64,000 nt of DNA from positions 16,173 to 80,172 of the forward strand of contig CALAMQ010000089.1 in assembly GCA_937925815.1 (NCBI GenBank). The letters run 5' to 3'. This document shows, one piece after another, positions 8,915-18,787 of this stretch (its first letter is position 1; every line of letters starts with the position of its first letter). This DNA comes from an uncultured Granulosicoccaceae bacterium (GTDB lineage Bacteria > Pseudomonadota > Gammaproteobacteria > CALCKW01). The position numbers and the translations under genes were made by a program. The notes under the pieces were generated by a model, which saw only the letters and a program-made list of their open reading frames with translations, was not told the DNA's origin and made no database searches.

Positions 8915-9837
8915 TACCGCTCCATGAGTGCTTGCACGTGTGCACTTGCGCAGCGCCCGAGCGCGTTCAAGTTGTACCCGCCCTCGAGCATCGAGACGAT
9001 GCGTCCGTTTGCGTGGGTGTCGGCCAGTTGAATCAGTTCGCGCGTGATCCAGCTGAAGTCGGACTCGTCGAGGTTGAGCGAGGCCAAGGGGTCGTCGCGG
9101 TGCGCGTCAAAGCCCGCCGAGACGATGATCAATTCCGGCTGTTGTGCCTTGAGCACAGGCAACCACTGATCAATCACGGCCTTGCGAAACGCGCGGCCTT
9201 CGCTCTGCGCCTCTAAGGGTGTGTTGATGCGCTGCCCGTCGATGTTGTCGCGGTAGTAGCCTGGGTAATGCGGGTACTGGAAGCTTGAGCAGAATAAAAT
9301 ACGTTTGTCGTGCTCGACTAAGTCTTCTGTGCCGTTGCCGTGGTGTACATCAAAATCCACAATCGCTACACGATTGAGGCCGTGCACGTCGAGCGCCCGT
9401 TTTGCTGCGATCGCAACCGACCCAAATAGGCAGAAACCCATCGCTTTATCGCGTTCCGCGTGGTGTCCGGGCGGGCGCACGGCGCAAAAGGCCGCATCAA
9501 CCGCCCCCCCCACCACCGCGTCAACAGCATCGACCGCCGCTCCTGCTGCGCGGCGCGCGGCCTTGAGCGAATGCGCATTGATTGTGGTGTCTGCGTCCAA
9601 TGCCACACGTCCAGCCTGCGGCGACGCGTCTATAACCGCCTCGACGTAAGCGCGCGGGTGCACGCGTTCAATATCACTGTTATCGGCCAATCCGGGCTCG
9701 CGAGTGTCAAGCTTGTCGTAAAGCCCGTCGCGTTGCAGGGCGTCGATCACCGCGGCAATGCGCGCTGGCTGCTCCGGGTGCCCGTCGCCCTGGTCGTGCA
9801 AGACGCAATCATCGTGGCTGTAGAGTGCGGTTGTCAC
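8914..9837 (-). CDS. Histone-deacetylase-family amidohydrolase (HDAC/AcuC/acetylpolyamine amidohydrolase-like)
   Basis: Motifs RPPGHHAE, DFDVHHGNGT, EGGY. GTG at 9837 was chosen because it forms a GTGA overlap with the sufE stop; the ORF extends to 9939. Confidence 0.8.
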   Translation of the reverse strand: MTTALYSHDDCVLHDQGDGHPEQPARIAAVIDALQRDGLYDKLDTREPGLADNSDIERVHPRAYVEAVIDASPQAGRVALDADTTINAHSLKAARRAAGAAVDAVDAVVGGAVDAAFCAVRPPGHHAERDKAMGFCLFGSVAIAAKRALDVHGLNRVAIVDFDVHHGNGTEDLVEHDKRILFCSSFQYPHYPGYYRDNIDGQRINTPLEAQSEGRAFRKAVIDQWLPVLKAQQPELIIVSAGFDAHRDDPLASLNLDESDFSWITRELIQLADTHANGRIVSMLEGGYNLNALGRCASAHVQALMER

Positions 9838-10286
9838 GCGCCCCCCTTCGCCGCCGCGACCATACGCGCCACCATGGCGCGCAAGCCGTTGCCGCGCGTG
9901 GGGCTCAGATGACTCACTAGGTCCAGAGATTCGAACCATTTCTCTATGTCAAAAGCCGCGATGTCTTCGGGTTTTTGGCCGTTGTATGCGCTGAGTACAA
10001 TTGCTGCCAGACCGCGCACGATGTGAGCGTCAGAATCAATCAGATACCACATACGTCCGTCGTCAACGCGGTGCGCCAACCAGACCTGGCTCTGACAGCC
10101 ATGAATGATGCGGTCATCGGTGCGTTCCGGCTCGGGCAGGGCCTGTAGTTTTTGGCCAAGTTCAATCACGTAGCGGTAGCGGTCTTCCCAGTCGTCGAGA
10201 AAACCCAGCGTCTCGGCGATCTCTTCGCGCGTGATCTCACGACCATAAGGATTCGCGAGGAAATCGTCGGTGTTCAAGCTTGTCAT
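9834..10286 (-). CDS. sufE: SufE-type cysteine desulfuration (sulfur acceptor) protein, copy 1
   Basis: WEDRYRYVIELG and active-site region IHGCQSQVWL. ATG at 10286 (MTSLNTDDF...). Confidence 0.85.
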   Translation of the reverse strand: MTSLNTDDFLANPYGREITREEIAETLGFLDDWEDRYRYVIELGQKLQALPEPERTDDRIIHGCQSQVWLAHRVDDGRMWYLIDSDAHIVRGLAAIVLSAYNGQKPEDIAAFDIEKWFESLDLVSHLSPTRGNGLRAMVARMVAAAKGGA

Positions 10287-10314
10287 GCGCTCTCCGTTGG
10301 GTGCGATACCCGAT

Positions 10315-10785
10315 TTATGCTGCGTAGCGATGCGCCAGCATGCGGACTTTGCCAACAAGTGCCAGCAAGCCATTCTGACGCTCGCTCACGAGGTGATCGT
10401 CCAACTGCAGTGTTGCGAGAAAGGCTTTCGCGTCAAAAGCACGCACAGCCTCGAGTGTTTGCGCATTGTAGCCGCTGAGCACACAAGCCAGCAGCCCCTT
10501 GACCACACGCGCGTCAGTGTCGCAGTTGATGTATAGCCGGCCAGCCACGGGGTCAAAAGCGTGTGTTACCCAGACCGTCGCCTGGCAGCCATGCAGGCGA
10601 TTTGACTCCGTGCGGGTCGAAGCTGGAAGACACGGCAGCCGCTCGGCCAGCGTCAGCAAACGTTGGTATCGGGTCTCCCAGTCTTGGCACGACGCCAGCT
10701 CACGAAACACATCGGCTGTGCCGATCTCAACACCCATTGGATTGGATTTGAGCCATTCGGGCACGGCTTGCATCGCGTGAATCAC
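10315..10785 (-). CDS. SufE/CsdE-type sulfur acceptor protein, copy 2 (divergent paralogue)
   Basis: WETRYQRLLTLA and LHGCQATVWV retain the acceptor Cys context. Start is either GTG 10785 or ATG 10773. Confidence 0.75.
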   Translation of the reverse strand: MIHAMQAVPEWLKSNPMGVEIGTADVFRELASCQDWETRYQRLLTLAERLPCLPASTRTESNRLHGCQATVWVTHAFDPVAGRLYINCDTDARVVKGLLACVLSGYNAQTLEAVRAFDAKAFLATLQLDDHLVSERQNGLLALVGKVRMLAHRYAA

Positions 10786-10848
10786 CTCAACCGTTGGGGC
10801 GTATCCAATTGCCGTGATGACTCTGTGAGGAGCCTTTTGACGGCAACG

Positions 10849-11397
10849 TCAGTAGAACATGCCAAGTTCGAGCTTGGCGGCATCGGACATCATGTCGTGC
10901 GACCAGGGTGGATCAAACAACAAGTCCACCGTCACCTCTGACACGTTTGGCACTTTGAGCAGTCGCAGACGGCACTCTTCAACCAATACTGGACCCATGC
11001 CACAACCTGGTGCGGTGAGGGTCATCGACACGTGAACGCGATTGCCCTGCTCGAGTGACTCGGCTTCCACTGCGTAAATCAAACCGAGTTCAACGATACT
11101 GACTGGGATCTCGGGATCGTAAATGGTGCCAAGCGTGCGCCAGAGGTCGTCGTTACTGACAGAACCATCCGTTGGCGTGTCGTATTCCATGACGTCGGCT
11201 TCGAGACCGAGCGCATCGGCATTGCTGCCATCGACGCGCAGCATGTTGCCGTTGACAACCAAGGTAAAGGTGCCACCGAGCGTTTGCACCACGTGCACGT
11301 GTGAGCCCTCGGCCAGCCTGACCTCGGTGCCGTGTGGAACCAGCAGCGCATCGACATCGCGGCTGAGCGTGACAAATTGGGCGTTGCTACCGTACAT
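10849..11397 (-). CDS. sufT: SufT-type Fe-S assembly protein (N-terminal SufT region + DUF59/MIP18 domain)
   Basis: C-terminal DUF59 signature IYDPEIPVSIVELGLIY...MTLTAPGCGMG. ATG at 11397 forms an ATGA overlap with the sufA stop. Confidence 0.75.
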   Translation of the reverse strand: MYGSNAQFVTLSRDVDALLVPHGTEVRLAEGSHVHVVQTLGGTFTLVVNGNMLRVDGSNADALGLEADVMEYDTPTDGSVSNDDLWRTLGTIYDPEIPVSIVELGLIYAVEAESLEQGNRVHVSMTLTAPGCGMGPVLVEECRLRLLKVPNVSEVTVDLLFDPPWSHDMMSDAAKLELGMFY

Positions 11398-11759
11398 CAG
11401 GTCGAAAAACTCTCGCCGCAACCGCAGGTACTCTGCGCGTGCGGGTTGTTGAATCGCATGACGCGGGAAATGCCGTCTTGCACGTAGTCAATGGTGGTAC
11501 CGCCCACAAGCTTGAGGCTCTCGGCGTCGACGTAGACAGTGACGTCATCATTCTCAAAGACGGTGTCGTCGTCCGCGGGTTGATCGACAAAATCCAAGTG
11601 ATACATGAATCCAGAGCAACCGCTTTTGCGCGTCGCCAGGCGAATGCCCACGGCCCCAGGATGTTGCGCGATCTGGTCACGCACGTGCGCGACCGCCGCC
11701 GGTGTCAGCTGCACGGGTTCCGGTTGATTGTCGGTGGGTGCCCAGGTATCTACAGCCAT
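11397..11759 (-). CDS. sufA: A-type Fe-S carrier (SufA/IscA, HesB family)
   Basis: 120 aa. Cys at ...RKSGCSGF... and terminal CGCGESF motif. Confidence 0.85.
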   Translation of the reverse strand: MAVDTWAPTDNQPEPVQLTPAAVAHVRDQIAQHPGAVGIRLATRKSGCSGFMYHLDFVDQPADDDTVFENDDVTVYVDAESLKLVGGTTIDYVQDGISRVMRFNNPHAQSTCGCGESFST

Positions 11760-11770
11760 TTCATGTCCTC

Positions 11771-12997
11771 TCAGAGAAAGGTTTTAACCTTTTCTATGCC
11801 AGTGAACAACGCATCCACATCAGCACGTGTGTTGTATACCGCGAACGATGCACGCACAGTGCCCGGCACGCCGAAACGCGCCATCAAGGGTTGCGCGCAG
11901 TGGTGTCCGGTTCGTACGGCAATGCCCTGCCGGTCGAGCAAGGTGCCAACATCTGCCGGGTGGCCGGCATCGAGAACGAAAGACATCGCACCCAGCCGCT
12001 CGGTCGCATCACCAATCAAGCGAAGACCCTCACACTGGCGTGCGCGCGCAACGCAGTAGTCGAGCACATCACGCTCATGTGCGCTCGCAGAGTCGTGATC
12101 TAAGCTGCCGACAAAATCCAATGCCGCACCAAGCGCGATCACGCCGCTGATATCCGGCGTACCGGCTTCAAAGCGAAATGGTGGCGCGTTGTAAGTGGTT
12201 TTCTCGAAGCTCACACGCTCGATCATTTCCCCTCCGCCCTGCCACGGCGGCATCGATTCAAGTAACGCGTAGCGCCCCCACAATGCGCCCAATCCGGTTG
12301 GGCCAAAGAGTTTGTGCGCTGACAACGCGTAGAAATCGGCGCCGAGCGCTTGCACATCAACCGGCATGTGAGCCACGGCCTGCGCACCGTCGATCAAGGT
12401 TATCGCGCCGGCTTCGCGCGCCAAACGCACAATCTCGCCAACTGGGTTCACCGTGCCGAGTGCATTCGACACATGCGACACCGCCACCAACTTGACCGGT
12501 CCGTCGAGCAGTGTGCCGTAGGCGTCCATATCGAGTTCACCGCTGTCGGTGACAGGGATGACTTTGAGCTCTGCGTCTTTCTCCTCACACAGCATTTGCC
12601 ACGGGACAATGTTGGCATGGTGTTCGAGGCCACTGATGACGATGTGGTCGCCGGCACCAATATGCTTGCGGCCCCAAGACTGCGCCACCAAGTTGATGCT
12701 CTCGGTGGTGCCACGCGTCCAGACAATCTCTTCTTTGCCGTTGGCATTGAGAAAGGCTGCCAGCTGTTCGCGTGCTGCTTCAAAGCCGCGCGTCGCGAGG
12801 TCGGCGAGATAGTGTGCACCACGGTGCACATTGCTGTTCTGCGCGCGATAGTAGTGCTCGATGACATCGAGCACGCACTGTGGCTTTTGCGTGGTTGCCG
12901 CGTTGTCGAGGTAGACTAGCGGGCGCCCGTGAGCCTCAGTTGCGAGTATCGGAAACTCCGCTCGCACGGTCTCGGCATTAAAAGCCTCAGTGTTCAT
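11771..12997 (-). CDS. sufS: Cysteine desulfurase SufS (type II)
   Basis: VRAEFPIL, YLDNAATTQKP, PLP-Lys SAHKLFGPTG, catalytic RTGHHCAQPL. Start is 12997 (MNTEAF...) or 13012. Confidence 0.9.
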   Translation of the reverse strand: MNTEAFNAETVRAEFPILATEAHGRPLVYLDNAATTQKPQCVLDVIEHYYRAQNSNVHRGAHYLADLATRGFEAAREQLAAFLNANGKEEIVWTRGTTESINLVAQSWGRKHIGAGDHIVISGLEHHANIVPWQMLCEEKDAELKVIPVTDSGELDMDAYGTLLDGPVKLVAVSHVSNALGTVNPVGEIVRLAREAGAITLIDGAQAVAHMPVDVQALGADFYALSAHKLFGPTGLGALWGRYALLESMPPWQGGGEMIERVSFEKTTYNAPPFRFEAGTPDISGVIALGAALDFVGSLDHDSASAHERDVLDYCVARARQCEGLRLIGDATERLGAMSFVLDAGHPADVGTLLDRQGIAVRTGHHCAQPLMARFGVPGTVRASFAVYNTRADVDALFTGIEKVKTFL

Positions 12998-13019
12998 CTG
13001 CCGCGCCGCCATAGCTGAA

Positions 13020-14303
13020 TCACGCGCCCTGCAAACCGTCAAAGAAAGCGTCGACGCGCGGCTTTACCAGACCGGCAGTAGCCTCATCCGGCATCGCCAA
13101 CAGCACTTCATTGATAAAGCCGTAGGACAATAGCGATTGCGCCGCTTCAACCGGGGTGCCACGTGAACGCAGGTAAAAAAGCGCCTCAGCGTCGAGTTGG
13201 CCGACGGTTGCACCGTGCGCGCACTTGACGTCGTCTGCGTAAATCTCCAGTTCTGGCTTGGTGTTGATCTCTGCAGTGCGCGAGAGCAGCAAATTCCGAT
13301 TAGACAGTTCAGCGTTGGTCTTTTGCGCATCCTGATGGATGTGGATGCGTCCGTTAAAAACGGCTTTGCCGTGTTCAGCTGCAATCCCGCGAAAGACTTC
13401 CTTGCTGTTGCAATGTGGCAACGCATGGTCAACTGCGAGGTGGATGTCGGTGTGTTCTTGCGCACGGCACATGTAGAGGCCGTAGAGCTCACTTTCACAA
13501 TTTTGGCCCTGCAAGTCGAGGCCGAAGTCGAGCCGGTTAAAGTCACCGCCCAACACAGCGAGATACGCGTAATACCGGCTGTCCGCAGACTGTCGCGCCG
13601 CGACCCTACCCACGTGCCGATTCCCCTCTTCACCGAGAGCGAAGCGGTAGTGGTGTACTGAGCTGTTTGCGCCAATTTGCAGTTCCGTCACCGGCAAATC
13701 AAAGGCAGCCAACCCCGCAACTGAACGGTGATGCTCCGCAAAGGACAAACTCGCGTTGTCGCCCACTCGCAGCAATAACCTCGGCGCGGCGGATCCAGCC
13801 ACAGTGCGTAGACTCACCACGTGGACAGTGCGCTCCACGTTCACACCGGAGTCCACATCAATCCAGATGCCGTCCTCACTCAACGCTTCGTTGAGCAACG
13901 CAAAAGCGTGCCCGTCAGAACGCGCCTGAGTACCGATAGCTTGCGTGATGCTGGCTTGTTGCTCGGCGCTGGCCTGGCTGAAAGCCACTGCACTGACGCC
14001 GGCGGGCATGCGAGACAACGCGGAACAGAATCGACCATCTACCAGTGCCAATACGGGCACATCTATCGCGGACAGATCGGCGAGCAAGCCGCTTGCCGCC
14101 TCAAGATCGCTGTCTCCAGCGAGTGACAACTCACTGCCATAGAGTTTGCTGAGGTCGTTGTACTTCCAACCTTCGGTCTTGCGATCAGGAAGCGCCAGGG
14201 CTGTAAAATCTTTGCTCGCTTGATCACGTCCCGTGGGCATCCACGGCGCATCCGCAGCGCTAGACGCCGCGTTGAGCACCTGAGATTTGAAGGCGTCGTG
14301 CAT
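13020..14303 (-). CDS. sufD: Fe-S cluster assembly protein SufD
   Basis: Sits between sufC and sufS. C-terminal SufB/D-fold similarity (KPELEIYADDVKCAHGATVGQLD). ATG at 14303 lies directly after the sufC stop. Confidence 0.85.
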   Translation of the reverse strand: MHDAFKSQVLNAASSAADAPWMPTGRDQASKDFTALALPDRKTEGWKYNDLSKLYGSELSLAGDSDLEAASGLLADLSAIDVPVLALVDGRFCSALSRMPAGVSAVAFSQASAEQQASITQAIGTQARSDGHAFALLNEALSEDGIWIDVDSGVNVERTVHVVSLRTVAGSAAPRLLLRVGDNASLSFAEHHRSVAGLAAFDLPVTELQIGANSSVHHYRFALGEEGNRHVGRVAARQSADSRYYAYLAVLGGDFNRLDFGLDLQGQNCESELYGLYMCRAQEHTDIHLAVDHALPHCNSKEVFRGIAAEHGKAVFNGRIHIHQDAQKTNAELSNRNLLLSRTAEINTKPELEIYADDVKCAHGATVGQLDAEALFYLRSRGTPVEAAQSLLSYGFINEVLLAMPDEATAGLVKPRVDAFFDGLQGA

Positions 14304-14304
14304 A

Positions 14305-15054
14305 TCAGGCGACTTCCTGTTCAATCCAGCCGTAGCCGTTTTTCTCAAGTTCCAGTGCGAGCTCGCTGCCGCCGGACTTGATGATCTTGCCGTCCGACAA
14401 GACATGCACAAAATCCGGCACGATGTAGTCGAGCAAACGCTGGTAGTGGGTAATCACCACAAAACTGCGATCCGCGCCACGCAGGGAGTTCACGCCGTCA
14501 GCAACCACCTGCAGCGCGTCGATGTCCAAGCCGGAATCGGTTTCGTCGAGTACACAAAGTTTGGGCTGGAGCATAATCATCTGTAGGATTTCGTTGCGTT
14601 TACGCTCGCCGCCCGAAAAACCTTCGTTGACTCCGCGCTTTAGGAAGTCTGGACTCAGGTTGACTTGCGCACACGCTTCACGCGCGGCTTTGAGGAACGC
14701 CGCCGTGTTGGGAGCCTCGATACCGCGGTGCTCGCAGTTGGCTTCTACAGCTGTTTTGAGAAATTCCATGTTTGACACGCCCGGCAGCTCGACCGGGTAC
14801 TGAAAGGCGAGGAACAGGCCTGCATAAGCACGCTCTTCTGGCTCAAGTTCAAGCAGGTCGACGCCGCCGAGGGTCACCGAACCACCTGTGGCCTCGTATC
14901 CTGGGCGACCACCCATGACGTTGGACAGCGTGCTTTTACCAGCGCCATTGGGGCCCATGATAGCGTGCACTTCGCCGGCACCCACGGAGAGGTTCAGGCC
15001 TTTGAGTATGGCCTTGTCTTCGACGCTGGCCTGGAGGTTTTCAATACTGAGCAT
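14305..15054 (-). CDS. sufC: Fe-S cluster assembly ATPase SufC
   Basis: Near-colinear with E. coli SufC as I recall it: MLSI..L..SVEDKAIL.GL, Walker A GPNGAGKST, FSGGERKR, DETDSGLDIDAL. Confidence 0.95.
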   Translation of the reverse strand: MLSIENLQASVEDKAILKGLNLSVGAGEVHAIMGPNGAGKSTLSNVMGGRPGYEATGGSVTLGGVDLLELEPEERAYAGLFLAFQYPVELPGVSNMEFLKTAVEANCEHRGIEAPNTAAFLKAAREACAQVNLSPDFLKRGVNEGFSGGERKRNEILQMIMLQPKLCVLDETDSGLDIDALQVVADGVNSLRGADRSFVVITHYQRLLDYIVPDFVHVLSDGKIIKSGGSELALELEKNGYGWIEQEVA

Positions 15055-15081
15055 GGTAATTGGGTCTCGATAAAACGGGGG

Positions 15082-16533
15082 TTAGCCGACAGAGCCTTCA
15101 AGGCTGATTTCAAGCAATTTGCCGGCTTCAACAGCAAACTCCATCGGCAATTCGCGGAAGACTTCTTTACAGAACCCGTTGACGATCATGGAGACCGCTT
15201 TTTCGGGGTCAAGTCCGCGCTGCTGACACAGAAACAGTTGGTCATCGCTGACTTTGGAAGTGCTTGCTTCGTGCTCGATCACGGCGCTGTTGTTGCGGCT
15301 CTCGATGTACGGGAAGGTGTGAGCACCGCAGGTGTCACCGATCAGCAGCGAGTCACATTGGGTGAAATTGCGCGCACCCTCAGCGGTGGGTGCCATGCGA
15401 ACCAAACCGCGATAACAATTCTCACTGTTAGCGGCAGAAATGCCTTTTGAGATGATCGTGGACTTGGTGTTCTTGCCCATGTGAATCATTTTGGTGCCGG
15501 TGTCCGCCTGCTGGCGACCGCGTGTCAGTGCAACCGAGTAAAACTCGCCAACACTGTTGTCACCGCGCAGCACCACACTTGGGTACTTCCAGGTGATGGC
15601 TGAACCGGTCTCAACTTGGGTCCAAGAAATGTGCGAGTTACGGCCTTTGCACACACCGCGCTTGGTGACAAAGTTGTACACGCCACCGCGCCCTTGCTCG
15701 TCACCCATGTACCAGTTTTGCACTGTGGAGTACTTGATCTTGGCATCGTCCAGCGCGACCAATTCCACAACCGCTGCGTGAAGTTGGTTTTCATCGCGCA
15801 TTGGCGCAGTACAGCCTTCGAGGTAAGACACGCTTGCGCCCTCCTCAGCAATGATCAAGGTGCGCTCGAACTGCCCTGTGTTCATCGCGTTAATACGGAA
15901 ATAGGTCGACAGCTCCATCGGGCAGGTGACGCCCTTGGGGATGAAGACAAAGGAACCGTCTGAAAACACCGCCGAATTCAGGCAGGCGTAAAAGTTGTCG
16001 CTGATCGGCACCACGGTGCCGAGGTATTGCTTGACCAATTCAGGGTGGCTTTGCACAGCCTCTGAGATCGGGCAAAAAATCACTCCAGCCTCTGCCAAGG
16101 TGTCCTTGAAGGTTGTGTGAATAGACACACTGTCAAAAACCACATCGACAGCAACCACTCCGGCGAGGCGCTTTTGTTCGTGCAGCGGGATACCGAGCTT
16201 CTCGTAGGTCCGCAGTATCTCAGGGTCCACTTCATCGAGTGACTTGGGGCCGTCGCCCTGCCCTTTGGGCGCGGAATAGTATGAAAGCGCCTGAAAGTCG
16301 ATTTTCTGGTAGTTGACGTGGGCCCACTCGGGCTCAGTCAACGTCTTCCACTTGGCGAAGGCTTTGAGGCGCCATTCAAGCAACCACTCCGGCTCTTTCT
16401 TGCGAGCCGAAATCGCGCGCACCGTGTCTTCATCGAGACCCGGGGGAAGCGAGTCATTTTCGACCTCGGTGACAAAACCGGCTTCGTAATCGCTCGCCAG
16501 CCGTTCGTTTATGCGTTCAACGCTTTCAGACAT
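15082..16533 (-). CDS. sufB: Fe-S cluster scaffold SufB
   Basis: Long stretches match E. coli SufB as I recall it ([62 protein letters not shown]). ATG at 16533. Confidence 0.95.
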   Translation of the reverse strand: MSESVERINERLASDYEAGFVTEVENDSLPPGLDEDTVRAISARKKEPEWLLEWRLKAFAKWKTLTEPEWAHVNYQKIDFQALSYYSAPKGQGDGPKSLDEVDPEILRTYEKLGIPLHEQKRLAGVVAVDVVFDSVSIHTTFKDTLAEAGVIFCPISEAVQSHPELVKQYLGTVVPISDNFYACLNSAVFSDGSFVFIPKGVTCPMELSTYFRINAMNTGQFERTLIIAEEGASVSYLEGCTAPMRDENQLHAAVVELVALDDAKIKYSTVQNWYMGDEQGRGGVYNFVTKRGVCKGRNSHISWTQVETGSAITWKYPSVVLRGDNSVGEFYSVALTRGRQQADTGTKMIHMGKNTKSTIISKGISAANSENCYRGLVRMAPTAEGARNFTQCDSLLIGDTCGAHTFPYIESRNNSAVIEHEASTSKVSDDQLFLCQQRGLDPEKAVSMIVNGFCKEVFRELPMEFAVEAGKLLEISLEGSVG

Positions 16534-16642
16534 GTCATTTCCTGTGAACACCCGTGCCACTGACCCGGCGCGCAGGCGTTAGTTCGCCAGCGCTGCTCGC
16601 GCCCTCGCCCACGTGAGAAGGGAGAAAATTCAGAGGGGAATA

Positions 16643-16667
16643 ATAACAGACTATTTAAGTCGGGAAT
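16643..16667 (-). promoter_or_regulatory. IscR/Rrf2 Type-1-like operator upstream of sufB
   Basis: Minus strand ATTCCCGACTTAAATAGTCTGTTAT matches 21/25 positions of the Type-1 IscR consensus ATASYYGACTRWWWYAGTCRRSTAT (from memory). Core palindrome GACT-N5-AGTC is perfect. It abuts a -10-like TATTAT (16640-16645, minus), about 110 nt upstream of the sufB ATG. Confidence 0.5.
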
Positions 16668-16769
16668 TCACTCTCAGGCACCTAATACACCAGCGGAAAA
16701 GGGCAAGAAAGTGCCGACACCCCTAGTGTTTCGGCAATAAACCCCCGGGACGCGCCTCGAGTTGTCGCG

Positions 16770-18308
16770 TTAGAAACCAAACCGCTGTGTGTAGCGCCGG
16801 GTGAAGGGACGCATCGGAACCCAGAGATAGGGCACCACCACCAAGAGCAAGCCCAGCCCGACCAACAGGCACCAGCCAATCAATGACAACCACCCACTCA
16901 GAGGCGCATTCAATGGTCCGCGAACGATGAGATAGAGTGCAATCACCGCAACCGGGTACCACAAGGTTGCACACGCGACAGCGGCCGGGTGGCGTTTGAG
17001 CTCGAACTGACGCACAACCAAGTAAAACGCCACAGGCAGTGACACCAACACCATAAAGAGTGCTGCTCCGCCAAAGATACCAACGATCCCAAAGTGATAC
17101 CCCGCGGTCACGGCGCAGCACAGTACTCCGACACCCTCAAACAAACACAACTGCCCACGTAGACGCATGTCACCACGGATGTACAGAAGGTTTTGCAAAG
17201 CCGCGTTGGTCATCCACACCGCCAACATCGCGCACAGGGCTAGGTTGGCGTCTGCACCCGCCCAGTACTGCTCGCCGACCCACACCGACACAAAGGCGTG
17301 ATTTGCCACCCCACCCGACACAAAGGCGATCAAGGACAAACACCCAGTGAGCTTGATAAAAGTGCTCACTGTGGGCCAGAGGTCGTCGCCGAGCTCGCCG
17401 GCGTGGTACTTCGCGGCGAGTGTCGGTCGCACGATAAAACCAATCCAGTTGAGCAACTGAATCACGAGATACGGCATCACGAATAAAATCGCGACGGCAT
17501 TGGCTGTTTCGAGCCCCATACCCGGCAACAGGCTCGCGATCATTCGAAAACTCTGCAGCACCATCGCACCGCCGAGGATGGCGGCTAACATCCAGCCGCT
17601 TGTGCCGAGAATATTCTTGATGTGCTCAAAGCGTGGCCACAGCGGCGCATTGGGAATACGAAATTCAAGCTGTCGGGCAAATCGGCGTCGCATGCCAAAG
17701 AACACCAACGCACCAATGACAGCTGCCGCAGCCAGTCCGGCTAACCGGTAACCGGCAAGCACCAACAACACAGACAGGGTTGCTGTGGTGAGCTGCATGG
17801 ATATAAAGCAAAGCTGGTGGTTGCGGTGCCGTTGCAGCCCAGCAAGTAGAGCGGAGTGATGTGCCCCGAGCAGCGTCAGCGTGATCACAAATCCGTAGGC
17901 GAGCGTGAACCAAGTCGCGCCATCAGCGTCCGCTGGACTGAGTTCGTGGGTCAGGGCGTCGAGATGCAATGCGATCCACACGGCTATCGAAAACACCAAG
18001 AGAGCGAGGATATTTTGCACCCACCGCGCGGCTGCAAGGCGCTCGTTTACCTGTTGTTCGTCGGACGTAACGCGACCGCCGCGCACATTTTTCTCAACGG
18101 TGGCCTGCATCGCCTGAGCGGTGCCAGGGTTTGCAGCCTGGAGGTAACCGACCATTTCCAGCACCGCCGCGCGCAAACCCATCAATTGCGGCCCGAGGAT
18201 GCTCAAAAAAAACGGGATAGTCAGCAACCGAACCGCGCCGTCGAGCACGAATTGAAGGTAACCAAATACGACACCGTCTAACACGCGCCGCTGACTCGAT
18301 GCACTCAC
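16770..18308 (-). CDS. Polysaccharide/oligosaccharide flippase-like (Wzx/MOP-superfamily) membrane protein
   Basis: 512 aa with about 12-14 predicted TM helices. The N-terminus pattern is typical of polysaccharide biosynthesis (MOP) proteins. Called on family resemblance only. Confidence 0.55.
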   Translation of the reverse strand: MSASSQRRVLDGVVFGYLQFVLDGAVRLLTIPFFLSILGPQLMGLRAAVLEMVGYLQAANPGTAQAMQATVEKNVRGGRVTSDEQQVNERLAAARWVQNILALLVFSIAVWIALHLDALTHELSPADADGATWFTLAYGFVITLTLLGAHHSALLAGLQRHRNHQLCFISMQLTTATLSVLLVLAGYRLAGLAAAAVIGALVFFGMRRRFARQLEFRIPNAPLWPRFEHIKNILGTSGWMLAAILGGAMVLQSFRMIASLLPGMGLETANAVAILFVMPYLVIQLLNWIGFIVRPTLAAKYHAGELGDDLWPTVSTFIKLTGCLSLIAFVSGGVANHAFVSVWVGEQYWAGADANLALCAMLAVWMTNAALQNLLYIRGDMRLRGQLCLFEGVGVLCCAVTAGYHFGIVGIFGGAALFMVLVSLPVAFYLVVRQFELKRHPAAVACATLWYPVAVIALYLIVRGPLNAPLSGWLSLIGWCLLVGLGLLLVVVPYLWVPMRPFTRRYTQRFGF

Positions 18309-18430
18309 TCTTTACACATCCAAAAGGATCATAATCGACCCAGGCTCCGCAAAGTGTAATGCCATAGACAGGAATCGGTTACTCAATGCCTGACTGAACG
18401 CACGCCAGACACTTTCTTATATCGCCCTTG

Positions 18431-18787
18431 TCAGCTGTCGGCGCTCGCTACGGCCGCCTTAAACGGCAGTACATCGGCGTCAAACCGCTCAGGTGTCAAT
18501 GAGGCAATTTCATCCTCGCTGAGCGCCTCGGGGCGCACGGCAGCGTTGAGTTGCATCCGCAAAGTATCAAATGATTGCCACATGCGACCGCTGGCATCAA
18601 GGCAAGACGCCAGTGGCGACGCCGCTGACTCACGCGCCATATTCAGCTCGAACACCAATCCTCGCAGTCGCCTGCGCATGGCTGGTGGGGCTGAGAGCAC
18701 ACACTGCTCTAGCAAGGCTTCACGGCGCGCTTCAAATGAGGCGGGATCAGTCCGTGCGAGCTCAGCCAATTCATCAAAATCGGGCAT
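18431..18787 (-). CDS. Small acidic helical protein, DUF3135-like
   Basis: MPDFDELAELARTDPASFEARREALL...RRRLRGLVFEL resembles DUF3135 proteins, from memory. Internal ATG at 18787 chosen; the ORF opens at 18874. Confidence 0.4.
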   Translation of the reverse strand: MPDFDELAELARTDPASFEARREALLEQCVLSAPPAMRRRLRGLVFELNMARESAASPLASCLDASGRMWQSFDTLRMQLNAAVRPEALSEDEIASLTPERFDADVLPFKAAVASADS

